Positions 1 through 9,906 are shown, counted from the stretch's first letter. The stretch: DNA of 64,000 nt from a virus (IMGVR_UViG_3300020151_001495:1-64000), one strand, 5' to 3'. The notes: generated by a model not told the origin, from the sequence alone. Numbers and translations are program-made.

Positions 1-29
1 CTTACAATCCTTACAGAGTTTGATGTCGG

Positions 30-257
30 TCATAAGTCAAGAGGTTGTTGGGGGTCCTTTTTCCATACTTTAGTATATACTAACCACTGCTCTTGTCTGC
101 TATCCATTTCTGCTGACCAGTGATTTCCATTCACATCAATGGCATCAAGATAATGAATACCATTTCTGTCATCAATCACACGGGCGACAGTTACAAACTT
201 TACTTTCTCAGCCATCACAATTTCTCCGATACCATTCAAGATCACGTTTCGATCCAA
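30..257 (-). CDS. hypothetical phage protein (true start probably the internal Met, MAEKVKF)
   Basis: ORF in a tightly packed small-gene cluster; no recognisable motif. Confidence 0.6.
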   Translation of the reverse strand: MDRNVILNGIGEIVMAEKVKFVTVARVIDDRNGIHYLDAIDVNGNHWSAEMDSRQEQWLVYTKVWKKDPQQPLDL

Positions 258-474
258 TTATATCAAAACTAAAGTAAAATCGTCTATAGCGAATGGAAGC
301 ACCAAACAAATTAGTATCACCAATATGCATATCAATACGTGGAAAGAGTTCAACACCACTATAATCATCCCACTGTAATGTGAGATCTAACAGTGCAAAT
401 TTACGATGGGGGAGAACTTGGAAGAACCATTCTTTACCAAAGTCCTCGTAGGTTTCATAATCAAAGAGTTTCAT
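208..474 (-). CDS. hypothetical phage protein
   Basis: 88-aa ORF, start/stop overlaps with neighbours. Confidence 0.7.
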   Translation of the reverse strand: MKLFDYETYEDFGKEWFFQVLPHRKFALLDLTLQWDDYSGVELFPRIDMHIGDTNLFGASIRYRRFYFSFDIIGSKRDLEWYRRNCDG

Positions 475-757
475 ACTTATTCTCCACTTCTTTCACACGC
501 TCCATGAAACTATCATCACCATGATCACCACTATACAGATAATCAATATGCCTCATAATTTCAGACATTTTACGCATCTTGGGCAGTTGTTCTTTCAGAT
601 ACTCAATCACTTCAGGTTCATGGTTGGGATAAAAGTTTTCCATGTATTTGTCTTCACATTTCAAACCATTAGTTTCAATCTCTTGCTCTAACTCATCAGC
701 AAACTGTGCTACCTTGTAATAATCGTAACCGCAGTTGCCAAAATGCCCTCCGCTCAT
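461..757 (-). CDS. hypothetical phage protein (MSGGHF...DYLYSGDHG type)
   Basis: 98-aa ORF, ATGA overlap with upstream gene. Confidence 0.7.
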   Translation of the reverse strand: MSGGHFGNCGYDYYKVAQFADELEQEIETNGLKCEDKYMENFYPNHEPEVIEYLKEQLPKMRKMSEIMRHIDYLYSGDHGDDSFMERVKEVENKYETL

Positions 758-1056
758 GGTTGTGTCTCCGTTGGTACTGGTGGGGGTGGTGTCAATGGAG
801 GTAGTATAGCAGGCTGTGGAGCTGGTGCCAAGGGTGGCTGTGGAGGTTCCTTGACTGGATGTGATGTAGGAGTTTCAGCAACTGCTTCTGGTTTAGTTAA
901 ATTTTCAAGTTTTTGATCTAGTTGATTAATCTTCTGATCCAATACTGTTGGAGGTACATCTGAATTTACTTGTGCAAGTTTCCATCCAGCAGCACCAGCA
1001 CCAAAAATACTTGCTAGGGCAGCAACAGTTGAAATAGTCGATTGAAATTTACTCAT
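754..1056 (-). CDS. membrane-anchored protein with coiled coil and Pro-rich tail
   Basis: N-terminal hydrophobic segment, LDQK heptads, PPP-rich C-terminus. Confidence 0.7.
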   Translation of the reverse strand: MSKFQSTISTVAALASIFGAGAAGWKLAQVNSDVPPTVLDQKINQLDQKLENLTKPEAVAETPTSHPVKEPPQPPLAPAPQPAILPPLTPPPPVPTETQP

Positions 1057-1259
1057 GGTAGATTTTCAAGTTCTTTTGATAATGCAATTAAATCAGTTTT
1101 ATCTACTACTGACATATTGTTCATCTTCTGAGCAACAAAAGTCTTACAGTGATCCATAGTTTTACGAATCACTGCAGCTACTAGTTTTTCTTCAGTATCA
1201 GCCCAGGAATTCCTCTCTTCCCAGATTTCCTTCATCAACTTTTGTGCTCTTTCTGTCAT
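1053..1259 (-). CDS. hypothetical phage protein
   Basis: 68-aa ORF, ATGA coupling. Confidence 0.65.
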   Translation of the reverse strand: MTERAQKLMKEIWEERNSWADTEEKLVAAVIRKTMDHCKTFVAQKMNNMSVVDKTDLIALSKELENLP

Positions 1260-1349
1260 TGTCTTTTAATTGTATATTTTGTTTTTTAGCCCAACCAAGA
1301 TTGGGCCAAGTATCACGAAAGATTTCGTTTAGTTTTTCATTGTCGTATA

Positions 1350-1556
1350 TCATTTTTCTACTACTTCAAAGCACACAGAGTTAAATTTACCTTTAACTCC
1401 TCTTAGTTCTACTTTGGTATGTTGAGAATGCACATTTACTTTCTCAACAAAATACTTGTCTCCTACTATTAAAATTCCAGTTGGATCATCATTAGATCCC
1501 CATCGAATTTGTTCCGATGAACATCCTAAAAATCTAACTATGTCTCCATATTTCAT
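1350..1556 (-). CDS. hypothetical phage protein
   Basis: 68-aa ORF in the cluster. Confidence 0.65.
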   Translation of the reverse strand: MKYGDIVRFLGCSSEQIRWGSNDDPTGILIVGDKYFVEKVNVHSQHTKVELRGVKGKFNSVCFEVVEK

Positions 1557-1702
1557 GGCTCTATCTTTACTTCTGTGAATAAATTGTTTAAAATTTGATC
1601 ACAAACCTCATAATCTTTTCCATTCAATGGAACTCTATTAATCTGATAATACCGAACTGCATTGAAAATTAGTTTTTTCTGTTCAGAGGTAAATTCAGTC
1701 AC
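1553..1702 (-). CDS. small hypothetical protein (MTEFTSEQKKLIFNAVRYYQ..., ~49 aa; not in ORF track)
   Basis: Manual translation; fills the gap and overlaps both neighbours. Confidence 0.5.
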   Translation of the reverse strand: MTEFTSEQKKLIFNAVRYYQINRVPLNGKDYEVCDQILNNLFTEVKIEP

Positions 1703-1880
1703 TTGCTCTCCATTGTCCTATTTTTGCACGTTTTGATTGAAATTCTTCAACTGTTTGAAGAATCATTGAAGCAGTTTCTTGTGCATCTGCTTCATCCCAA
1801 CCATCATTATGTTGACCACTAATAAAGTAGCCATACAGATGATCTTTTATCGTATCAATGAGTCTGTCGTAATGTGTCAT
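1695..1880 (-). CDS. hypothetical phage protein
   Basis: 61-aa ORF. Confidence 0.6.
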   Translation of the reverse strand: MTHYDRLIDTIKDHLYGYFISGQHNDGWDEADAQETASMILQTVEEFQSKRAKIGQWRASD

Positions 1881-1885
1881 GATAG

Positions 1886-1909
1886 AAAAAGGGAACTCAA
1901 CGAGTTCCC
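1886..1909 (-). terminator. rho-independent terminator
   Basis: GGGAACTC-GTT-GAGTTCCC followed by TTTTT on the minus strand. Confidence 0.75.
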
Positions 1910-1919
1910 GTAAAAGAAA

Positions 1920-2102
1920 TTAACAATCGTAATCATCATAGTCTCGGAAGGTAGAATCATTTCGACTCCAACGCTTCATTCCAGAAATTTTATATTCCTG
2001 GAATCCTTCTTCATATTCTAGATCTTGAATTGATGCGGTTTGGCGAAGCTCGGATAAGCTTCCATTAGGATTTTTGTTTCCTTTACGAAAAGTGCGTCCC
2101 AT
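1920..2102 (-). CDS. hypothetical phage protein (MGRTFRK...)
   Basis: 60-aa ORF ending before the terminator. Confidence 0.6.
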   Translation of the reverse strand: MGRTFRKGNKNPNGSLSELRQTASIQDLEYEEGFQEYKISGMKRWSRNDSTFRDYDDYDC

Positions 2103-2111
2103 AGTTAGTAA

Positions 2112-2276
2112 TCAGTCTGCGTAATCGAATGTGTAATCGTACTCGTAGTCGTTTGCGAAATCATCATAGGATTCATCATCATAGATTTCAATAGCTTGTT
2201 TACGATAAATCGTATCAAGTTTGATCTCATCACGAATTTCATCAAAAATAGATCCTCGGTAGCCCAGATAAGCCAT
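2112..2276 (-). CDS. small acidic hypothetical protein (MAYLGYRGSIFDEIRDE..., ~54 aa)
   Basis: Manual translation; first gene after an early promoter. Confidence 0.55.
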   Translation of the reverse strand: MAYLGYRGSIFDEIRDEIKLDTIYRKQAIEIYDDESYDDFANDYEYDYTFDYAD

Positions 2277-2302
2277 GATTGAATCCGTATCGAACAGGTA
2301 AT

Positions 2303-2331
2303 AGTATATAGGAGTATTTTTGGCTTGTCAA
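2303..2331 (-). promoter_or_regulatory. early sigma70-type promoter
   Basis: TTGACA-17-TATACT. Confidence 0.8.
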
Positions 2332-2615
2332 GGGGTTCGGTAATCAGGAAATGTTATGAATCCAGTAAATGAGTTTGATTTTTCAAATCAGTATCAGCAA
2401 TGTACATCATAAGAATGATTTTATTCACTAGAATTTGCTGTTCTTTTAGTTGGTCTTCAAGAATTTTTATTCGGTTGACCAACTCTGGCACACTGCTATC
2501 CATTCGTCAAATTCCTCTCCTATTGCAATTGCATCTTCATAACGACCTTCTTCAATCAATTGCTGAAATCTGTCGCAACGTTCTTTTAAGATTGTATCTA
2601 GAATTTTGGTGTGTT

Positions 2616-2888
2616 TCATAAATCACGATCCCATTTTTGAATAGGGCAAGATCCTTGACGAAGTTTGGTTTTTGCTGACATAAAACAGCCACAGCGTCTA
2701 CATTGAGTTGTAGACGCATTAAAATCTGGACAACTTCTGCAAATAGACATTCTCATTTGTTGAGTTTCTGGCGATACAAAAACTGCTTTTCCTTTAGAAA
2801 AATCAGTTAATGAATCAGAAACAGTTTCTGTTAGATTTTTTAGTTTATCTAACAGCTCCTGTTTAATTTCATTTGAGAAATTTTTCAT
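2616..2888 (-). CDS. Cys-rich Zn-binding protein (DUF6171-like)
   Basis: R..IC..C..F...C..CGCF..K......CP..KW pattern. Confidence 0.7.
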   Translation of the reverse strand: MKNFSNEIKQELLDKLKNLTETVSDSLTDFSKGKAVFVSPETQQMRMSICRSCPDFNASTTQCRRCGCFMSAKTKLRQGSCPIQKWDRDL

Positions 2889-2893
2889 GAATT

Positions 2894-3103
2894 TTATTCA
2901 GCTGGTGCTTCTTCTAACACTTCTTGTAGTACTTCTTCAGAACCTTCTTTCTCTTCTAGAAGTTGTAGAGTTTCTAAACCACCAAGTAGTTTAGTACGAT
3001 ATTCTACAAGACGAGAAAGTTCAGTTTGAAGCTCTTCAATTTTTTCGGTTACAGTCTTTAACTGCTCTTCAAAAGTTTCTTTAATTTGTTCTTGCTTTGA
3101 CAT
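2894..3103 (-). CDS. acidic coiled-coil protein
   Basis: 69-aa heptad-rich ORF after a promoter. Confidence 0.7.
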   Translation of the reverse strand: MSKQEQIKETFEEQLKTVTEKIEELQTELSRLVEYRTKLLGGLETLQLLEEKEGSEEVLQEVLEEAPAE

Positions 3104-3133
3104 GGTTAAATTTCCTGAAATGTAATGTAATCA

Positions 3134-3162
3134 ATCATAGATCATTTGGAGGGATTTGTCAA
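3134..3162 (-). promoter_or_regulatory. early sigma70-type promoter
   Basis: TTGACA-17-TATGAT. Confidence 0.75.
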
Positions 3163-3166
3163 GGGG

Positions 3167-3195
3167 TTGACAAGCCTCTTGATATTATGTATAAT
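3167..3195 (+). promoter_or_regulatory. perfect-consensus sigma70 promoter, antisense to the fibre genes
   Basis: TTGACA(3167-3172)-17-TATAAT(3190-3195), back to back with the minus-strand promoter. Confidence 0.75.
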
Positions 3196-3226
3196 GACTC
3201 TGTTGGGGGTCAGAAATAATATTAGA

Positions 3227-3577
3227 TTATCCAAATACTCTAGAGGGACTACTTGGAGCAGGATCTAGAACAAATTCTGATAACTCTTCTGGTAGAGTCC
3301 CGTCTAGAATAATATTCACATGCCAACCTTCTTTTGAAGTGGCTTCAGAAATTACAATTGGATATCCTTCCTCATTAATTTCAAATTCTGCATCATTATT
3401 ATAGATAATTCCAACTACATCAATGTCTCCATTTAGTTCTGGTCTCATTGAATAAAACTGTGGAGGCTCTTGTCCTTCAATATTAATGGGAGAAGTTTTG
3501 ATCCAATTTAAAACTTCAAATACTGAAATCATTTCTTCTTCAGAAGAAAATTTTAAGTAATATGTTGTGTATGTCAT
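3227..3577 (-). CDS. fibre-associated small protein (putative assembly chaperone)
   Basis: YYLKF..E...DVVG.I...GWHVN...PSRVF pattern; last gene of the spike-fibre block. Confidence 0.6.
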   Translation of the reverse strand: MTYTTYYLKFSSEEEMISVFEVLNWIKTSPINIEGQEPPQFYSMRPELNGDIDVVGIIYNNDAEFEINEEGYPIVISEATSKEGWHVNIILDGTLPEELSEFVLDPAPSSPSRVFG

Positions 3578-3592
3578 AGTTTTTATTTTTAT

Positions 3593-6160
3593 TTAGTAAG
3601 TTTTGGTGAGTTCAATTGCATTTTCTAAGGTAATAGTATGTGGGTAGTAAATAAATCTAGAAACAGTACCATTTATATTACTACCACCATTTGTATCACA
3701 TCCTATAGATACTCTATTAAATTTATCTATTAAACTAGCAGTCATGGTTTGTCTTGTAATTATAACTCCATTTAATACTAAAAATATCTGAGTTTGATTA
3801 CAAACTATGCAAGCTTTATTTTTTCCAGAAGTTAAAAATGCATTTTGATATGTACTAGTGGTAGTAGTACCAATATAACTTTCTATGTATGAAGTAAGTA
3901 AATTTGGAATAACCGCATAGTTAAAAGAATCAGCGGTTACTGTATTTCCTAACATAAGTATTCTTGTGTAAGCTCCATTAGTCCCGACTTTTTTAACATC
4001 ATCAAATTCAATGTATATACTACCAAAAACTGTTTTATTATTAAACCAATTTTTTGTGTTTAAATTATTAACATATAAGTATTCAAAAGACCTTGTAGTT
4101 CTTGCAGTAGAGTATACATCTGCAGTTCTAGTTGCGGTTGCATCTCCTAAAGCAGGAAAATATGAAGTAGCAGAAGTTCCAGTTTCTAATTGAGCACCCC
4201 AAATATATACTCCAGAACTTCCATTTCCAACATAACTATTTTGTCCAGATGAATTAATAAGAGAAATAGCAGGAATATTAGTAGTATTAGCTGCATTTTT
4301 GGTTACAGTTAAAATGCATCTAAACCAACCATCATGATATGGAATTATGTCTGCAGATGCATTAACATAATCAGTTCCACTTAATCCATTACCTAAATTT
4401 GCAGTTCCAGTTGATAAATTATATGTTGCATTACAATCTTCATTTACAAAATTTGACATTTGCAACATTATTCTATCTCTTTCTGCTTTTTTTGCAAATA
4501 TACTGAAAGTTAAAGTTTCATTTGAACCATTTCTTGAAAAATATAAAACATGTTGAAGAGAACCAGAAGCTGCTGGAGATTCAACTAATTTATCTGCTGT
4601 TGATATTGAATTGGGAGCAAATATTCCTGCAACATTGGCAGATAATGATCCCTGGATTGTCCAGCCACTGCCAGTAAATGATTCTGTAAATCTTAATAGA
4701 TTAATTGTTTGTGGTTCTAATAGTAAAAAGTTTGCATATAAGTAAGGATACGAATCAAACCTTGCAGTGTTTATTGCAGACGTATATATTGCATATCCTC
4801 CTGGACCATAACTTGTTCCAGTAGTTGATCTAGAAGTAAAAGTTTCAGTAGATGGAATATATGAAGTAGGAAATGTTGAAGCTACACTAGTTGAATATGC
4901 TACAGTTTCTACCTGCCATCCCCAAATCAAAAGTGAATGCCCTCTGACGTTAGCATTTCCTTGATCACGAATGTATACTCTAGGAGTTACTGTATTATTT
5001 GTTCCATTATTAGTTAGTGCTGTAGAAATTCTATACCATCCATTTGAATATGGAGTAATTGTTGCATTTGATCCTGTATCACGTACAATAGTTTTAGTTT
5101 CCCAACTTACAGTAACTACAGTTTGTTGATATGTTCCTCCATTAAGTTGTAGATTAATTGTAGATATTGGAGTAGTTCCAGGTTTTAGGAATACTGAAAA
5201 TACATATGTTGCACCATTTACAGTAATAGGTTCATATTTTTGAACCCAACAAATATTTGTTCCTGCACTTAACGTGGAAATTACTTTATCTGCGCTAAAA
5301 GTATTATCAGGAGCAATTTCTATATTTCTTTTTACATATGAATTATCTAATAGATAATTACCTAAGTCAGAACTATTTGATAATGTAACTAGATTTGTTC
5401 TTTGTTCTTCATTTATAATTCCTTTTGGAGATATTTCATAAGATGAAGTTGTAGTTGTAGTAGTTCTTATATATTCAGATAGAGTACTACCTATCTCTAA
5501 CTGCCCTCCCCATAGATAGACTCCAGATGCATTATCTCCTGTGTATACATTTGTATCATTAGACATCAATAACGCATATGCTCTTCCAATCGTATCTACC
5601 CATGCTCCAGTGATTGAACAACGATACCAACCATTTCCAACACTTTCAATTCTTGCAGTATATCCACCATTAGAAACTATAGTACCAGAAGAAAGATTAA
5701 AATTTGCTATTCCTCCAGCGTGTAAAGCTAATCCTAAAGTTCTATTGGAAGTATACTGTTTTGCATAAATTGACCAAGTATAAGTTGCACCCTGAGTTAC
5801 AGTTCCAATATCTTGATATATTAAATGTTGAAGATTAGCATTATTTTCTACCATTAAATTTCCAGTAATAGATCCATCTGGAGCTGCTATTCTTGTTCCA
5901 GCAGAATTTATTGATGATAAATTTCCTACAAGCCAATTTTGTAACTGTTCACTATAGGTATATAAATTTTTTACTTCTCTAACAGAATGAGAAAATCGAG
6001 GTATATTTGTAGTTGAATATCCTATAACTCCATCATCATTTACAAATGTAGCACTAGAAGATGCTCTAGTAAATTCTAGCCTAGGATCTAGTTTTTTGCA
6101 TTTTGCAAAATCTATATTTAATGTGTCTCCTTCAAAAGCAAAATTTTGAGAAATACTCAT
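3593..6160 (-). CDS. spike/head-fibre-like protein with CBM-like repeats and a LamG-like C-terminus (paralog 3)
   Basis: FTRASS.ATF..PRF, repeated NGWYR and WG.QLE motifs, TSYIP, TRTAD. Confidence 0.7.
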   Translation of the reverse strand: MSISQNFAFEGDTLNIDFAKCKKLDPRLEFTRASSSATFVNDDGVIGYSTTNIPRFSHSVREVKNLYTYSEQLQNWLVGNLSSINSAGTRIAAPDGSITGNLMVENNANLQHLIYQDIGTVTQGATYTWSIYAKQYTSNRTLGLALHAGGIANFNLSSGTIVSNGGYTARIESVGNGWYRCSITGAWVDTIGRAYALLMSNDTNVYTGDNASGVYLWGGQLEIGSTLSEYIRTTTTTTSSYEISPKGIINEEQRTNLVTLSNSSDLGNYLLDNSYVKRNIEIAPDNTFSADKVISTLSAGTNICWVQKYEPITVNGATYVFSVFLKPGTTPISTINLQLNGGTYQQTVVTVSWETKTIVRDTGSNATITPYSNGWYRISTALTNNGTNNTVTPRVYIRDQGNANVRGHSLLIWGWQVETVAYSTSVASTFPTSYIPSTETFTSRSTTGTSYGPGGYAIYTSAINTARFDSYPYLYANFLLLEPQTINLLRFTESFTGSGWTIQGSLSANVAGIFAPNSISTADKLVESPAASGSLQHVLYFSRNGSNETLTFSIFAKKAERDRIMLQMSNFVNEDCNATYNLSTGTANLGNGLSGTDYVNASADIIPYHDGWFRCILTVTKNAANTTNIPAISLINSSGQNSYVGNGSSGVYIWGAQLETGTSATSYFPALGDATATRTADVYSTARTTRSFEYLYVNNLNTKNWFNNKTVFGSIYIEFDDVKKVGTNGAYTRILMLGNTVTADSFNYAVIPNLLTSYIESYIGTTTTSTYQNAFLTSGKNKACIVCNQTQIFLVLNGVIITRQTMTASLIDKFNRVSIGCDTNGGSNINGTVSRFIYYPHTITLENAIELTKTY

Positions 6161-8055
6161 ATGACCTCTTTTAACTCTAAGTTACTTACTCTTTTTGGAT
6201 AAATGATTATTTTTGCAATAGAACCATTTAACTGATTTGCTGTGCCCAAACATCCAATTTCCATGTAATACCATCTATTGGTAAAATTATTGGTTCCATC
6301 TAAATCTGGAAGTATAGCTGTACCATTAAATATTCCAGTAACATCATTAGGTTTTACAGTAAATGCTAATACTAAAGTATCTCCAATATTTATTGGAGGA
6401 GTACTTGCAGCTGTGTCATATAAACCTGATATAGATTGTAAAATAACTCCATATTTATTTGGTCCTGTTTCCCACCACAAAGGTGAAGTAAAACCAGCTC
6501 CAGAAAGACTCAAAACTACTCTATTCAAATATGAAGCAACTGGAGGTGAATTAAATGTGCATTTAGTAACTGCTGAGAGTTGATCATAATTACATTCAGC
6601 TCTAAATCCAGCTTCCATTGAGCACACTTCTGCAGTTCTAGTAGTCGCAGCCCCATTAGAATAGATATAAGAAGTTGCAGCACCAAGTGCAAGTTTACCT
6701 GCTAATGTGGTTACTACAGTTCCATGATCAATAGATTCCAGTTGATACCCCCAAACATAAGTAAATGCACCTACTGAAGCTCCATTAATATCAGATCCTG
6801 GGAATATCCATGCAGCACCAGAAGTAGTCCCAGGAACAAAAGTAGCAGAAATTCTATACCAACCATTTGGATATTTTTCAAATCTATAATTTCCAAAATT
6901 TAATGGAGATCCAGTTGTAAAAGTTTCAGTTGCAAAATTCCAAGTTACTCTTCCTCCACCTGTCCAAATACCACTGTGTTCAAGAACACAAACATCACTA
7001 TTGCCTCTCTTTACAAATAAACTCCATGTATGAGGTCTGGTGGCACCATCTGGAGTATTAATTCCTAGTATAATTCTTTGCCAACCAGTGCCATTTTGAA
7101 TAACCTTTGCTGCGGTATTAGTTCCTTTTGGATCTAAAGTCTCTGTTGTATTTGGTGTGTATATTGCAGCCCAACCAGCCACAGCGTCTCCAGAACCCCA
7201 GGAAGATGTTGGAAATTCGGAATAAGTAGCTAAATTTTGAGCACTGCTCTCAATCAACAAACCTAATGATTGAATTTTAGTTTCTGATCTTACAAATCCT
7301 GTAAAATTAGGAATATAATCTGATGCAGTAGATCCTGTTTCTAACTGTGCTCCCCATGCAAATAATCTATTTGCAGTATTTCCTTGATAGATTGATTGAT
7401 TTGAACTGTTAATTAATGTTATACCTGCATAATAAATAAGATCTCCTCTAGTTGGAGTTACTGTAAAACTACATCTATACCATCCATTTGGATAAGGAAC
7501 AATTGCAGAAGATAAATTTGTTCCTGGGTCTGATACACTAGCTGTAGTTGATATTACTGTGCCACTTGACAAATTAAATAATGCAGTACCGCCCCCTCCT
7601 ATCCCAGCATACCCTAGACCTAATTGAATTCTAGTTACAGTGTCTGCCTTTACAAATACAGAAAAAGTATATCTACTAGTTGTAGATAGTAATCCAACAC
7701 TTTGATATCTGTTGTGAGTTGTATTTGTATTTGCTTCCACTAAAATATCTGCAGCGGCTCTAGTCCCAGTTGGAGACTCAATACCATTTGCAGTTATTGT
7801 AAGACCAAAATTATCTGTTCCCCAAACTGTGCCGTCATCAAAACTTTCAGATTGTTTGATTATATTTGTAATTATAACTGGCTTATGATTAAATCTTGGA
7901 TTATTTGCAGTTGCAGTTTTAATCAATCCATCACTATCTACATATGTGCCAACACTAGATCTTGTAAATTTAATCCTGGAATCTAGTTTTTTAGTTTTTG
8001 CAAAATCTAAAGAAATTGCTGAATTGGATTTTGGTTTTGTAAGTGAGATAGCCAT
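6157..8055 (-). CDS. spike/head-fibre-like protein (paralog 2)
   Basis: Same N-terminus (SLDFAK.KKLDSRI.FTRS) and GLLIE, NGWYR, WGAQLE motifs. Confidence 0.7.
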   Translation of the reverse strand: MAISLTKPKSNSAISLDFAKTKKLDSRIKFTRSSVGTYVDSDGLIKTATANNPRFNHKPVIITNIIKQSESFDDGTVWGTDNFGLTITANGIESPTGTRAAADILVEANTNTTHNRYQSVGLLSTTSRYTFSVFVKADTVTRIQLGLGYAGIGGGGTALFNLSSGTVISTTASVSDPGTNLSSAIVPYPNGWYRCSFTVTPTRGDLIYYAGITLINSSNQSIYQGNTANRLFAWGAQLETGSTASDYIPNFTGFVRSETKIQSLGLLIESSAQNLATYSEFPTSSWGSGDAVAGWAAIYTPNTTETLDPKGTNTAAKVIQNGTGWQRIILGINTPDGATRPHTWSLFVKRGNSDVCVLEHSGIWTGGGRVTWNFATETFTTGSPLNFGNYRFEKYPNGWYRISATFVPGTTSGAAWIFPGSDINGASVGAFTYVWGYQLESIDHGTVVTTLAGKLALGAATSYIYSNGAATTRTAEVCSMEAGFRAECNYDQLSAVTKCTFNSPPVASYLNRVVLSLSGAGFTSPLWWETGPNKYGVILQSISGLYDTAASTPPINIGDTLVLAFTVKPNDVTGIFNGTAILPDLDGTNNFTNRWYYMEIGCLGTANQLNGSIAKIIIYPKRVSNLELKEVI

Positions 8056-9903
8056 TTATTGTGTTAGCGATTTTAACTGCAAACCGTTTAATTTTCTAGG
8101 ATAATATATAACTTTTGATATTACTATACTGCTGGTAGAATTTCCAGTAAAGAAATTTCTGCCAATAATATAACAATCAAAGTCATATACTAATGTGTTT
8201 AAATTTATGCTAGTAGCTCCTATTATTCCATCAATACAAGCTTCGAAAGAATTTTGAGCATAAGATCCTGCTACCTTAGTAACTTTGTTTATTGACGAAT
8301 AGTACCCTCCTACGAGAGAATTACTTGTTATAGTTTGACTTCTAGTTGCTGTGTAAATACCATATACTCCAAATGGATTAAGTATTAAAAAATTAAATGG
8401 TGCTGGATCTGTTTGACTACTTACTCCAAAAATTCCACCGTAATAATCAATTCCATTTACGCCTTTTGGAGTAAATTCTGAAAAGAATGTTCCTTCATAT
8501 TTATTATAAGTATTTGTAAATCCAGATCCTGTAATACTTGCACGATCTTCTCCTACACTTACTGCAGCTCCATTTGTAGCAGTATAAGAAGTTGGAGATG
8601 TATTAACTTCAAGCTGATCTCCCCATATTAAAATATCGGTAGCAGCATCTGGTGATCTGATCTCTGCTAGAGTGCCATTAAGAGTTCCAGCACCATTATA
8701 AGTTACAATTGAAATTGAACATTTATACCATCCATTAAACAAAGGTTCAATGTTTGCAAAAGAATAAGGAGTAGATTGAGAATCTGTAGAAGAAGTTATT
8801 GCTGGAGTAGTATAAGAACCTTTTCCAGACAAATAGAAATTAGAAGTAGTTCTATATGCATAATCAGTAGAATTTACTTGGCATACCAAATCTAATCTAA
8901 TTTTAGAAGTTGCGTTTGATTTGACAAAAACTGAATAACACAATTGTCGATTTTTAGTTGTACCTGGAGCAGCATTAAAATAATTAGTAATTCTTCCTCC
9001 AGTTAAAGATGTAACAAATCTAGATGCAGTCGTAGTTCCATCTGGAGCTGTAGCAAAATTTGATGTAACTGTGGTATCAGTTAAATATTTTGTTCCAGAT
9101 CCTCCTGCACCAGATGCCCAGGTATCAGTAAAAAGTTGACTATATTTTGAGTGATTTGTAGCAGAGAATTCTACTATTAATCCTTCAGACCTTGGTTTGT
9201 TACTTTGATTGAAACTATTAGCAATATAGTCTAATATTACAGATCCCTCTTGCATCTGTGGTCCCCATAGAGATACTGTTCCACTAGTTTGAAAATAAAC
9301 TTGGAATCTTAAATAATTATTTGCAGCGATTGTTCCAGTAAAAGTAAAATAAAGTCTATACCATCCATTTGGATATGGAACTACGACTCCAGTTCCTGCT
9401 GTTATTTGACCAGTTGCAGGATTGAAAGTAGTATTAAATCCTTGTGTAGTATTATTGATAAAAAATCCTGCAAGTACAATTGATGTTTGTGTACCTGCTT
9501 TTACAAATATCGAAGCGGTATAAGTTGCATTTCCTCTTGCGTAAATATCTTGATATATTGATTCTGCACCAGTTCCTCCAGCTACAGCAGTAATATTTGT
9601 TGCGGTAGAAGTTCCATCTGGTGCTCCAGCATTATTATCTGTTGCCGTAACAGAACCACCCCCAGTTGTAATTTTAAACCAACTAGATAAATTATCAGTA
9701 TTATTCAATAAATTAATTGATTGAGAAAATGCATAATTGAATCGGGGAACATTAGCATCTGCACTTACAAGTAATCCTTTTTCATTAAAATATGTTCTAG
9801 CTGTAGATCTAGTGAATGTTATTCTAGAATCTAATTTTCTAGATTTTGCAAAATCTAAAGATAGTGCTGGAGCTTCTGTTGTAAAATTTTGATTGATTGC
9901 CAT
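8056..9903 (-). CDS. spike/head-fibre-like protein (paralog 1)
   Basis: Same conserved N-terminus and repeat motifs. Confidence 0.7.
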   Translation of the reverse strand: MAINQNFTTEAPALSLDFAKSRKLDSRITFTRSTARTYFNEKGLLVSADANVPRFNYAFSQSINLLNNTDNLSSWFKITTGGGSVTATDNNAGAPDGTSTATNITAVAGGTGAESIYQDIYARGNATYTASIFVKAGTQTSIVLAGFFINNTTQGFNTTFNPATGQITAGTGVVVPYPNGWYRLYFTFTGTIAANNYLRFQVYFQTSGTVSLWGPQMQEGSVILDYIANSFNQSNKPRSEGLIVEFSATNHSKYSQLFTDTWASGAGGSGTKYLTDTTVTSNFATAPDGTTTASRFVTSLTGGRITNYFNAAPGTTKNRQLCYSVFVKSNATSKIRLDLVCQVNSTDYAYRTTSNFYLSGKGSYTTPAITSSTDSQSTPYSFANIEPLFNGWYKCSISIVTYNGAGTLNGTLAEIRSPDAATDILIWGDQLEVNTSPTSYTATNGAAVSVGEDRASITGSGFTNTYNKYEGTFFSEFTPKGVNGIDYYGGIFGVSSQTDPAPFNFLILNPFGVYGIYTATRSQTITSNSLVGGYYSSINKVTKVAGSYAQNSFEACIDGIIGATSINLNTLVYDFDCYIIGRNFFTGNSTSSIVISKVIYYPRKLNGLQLKSLTQ

Positions 9904-9906
9904 GAT

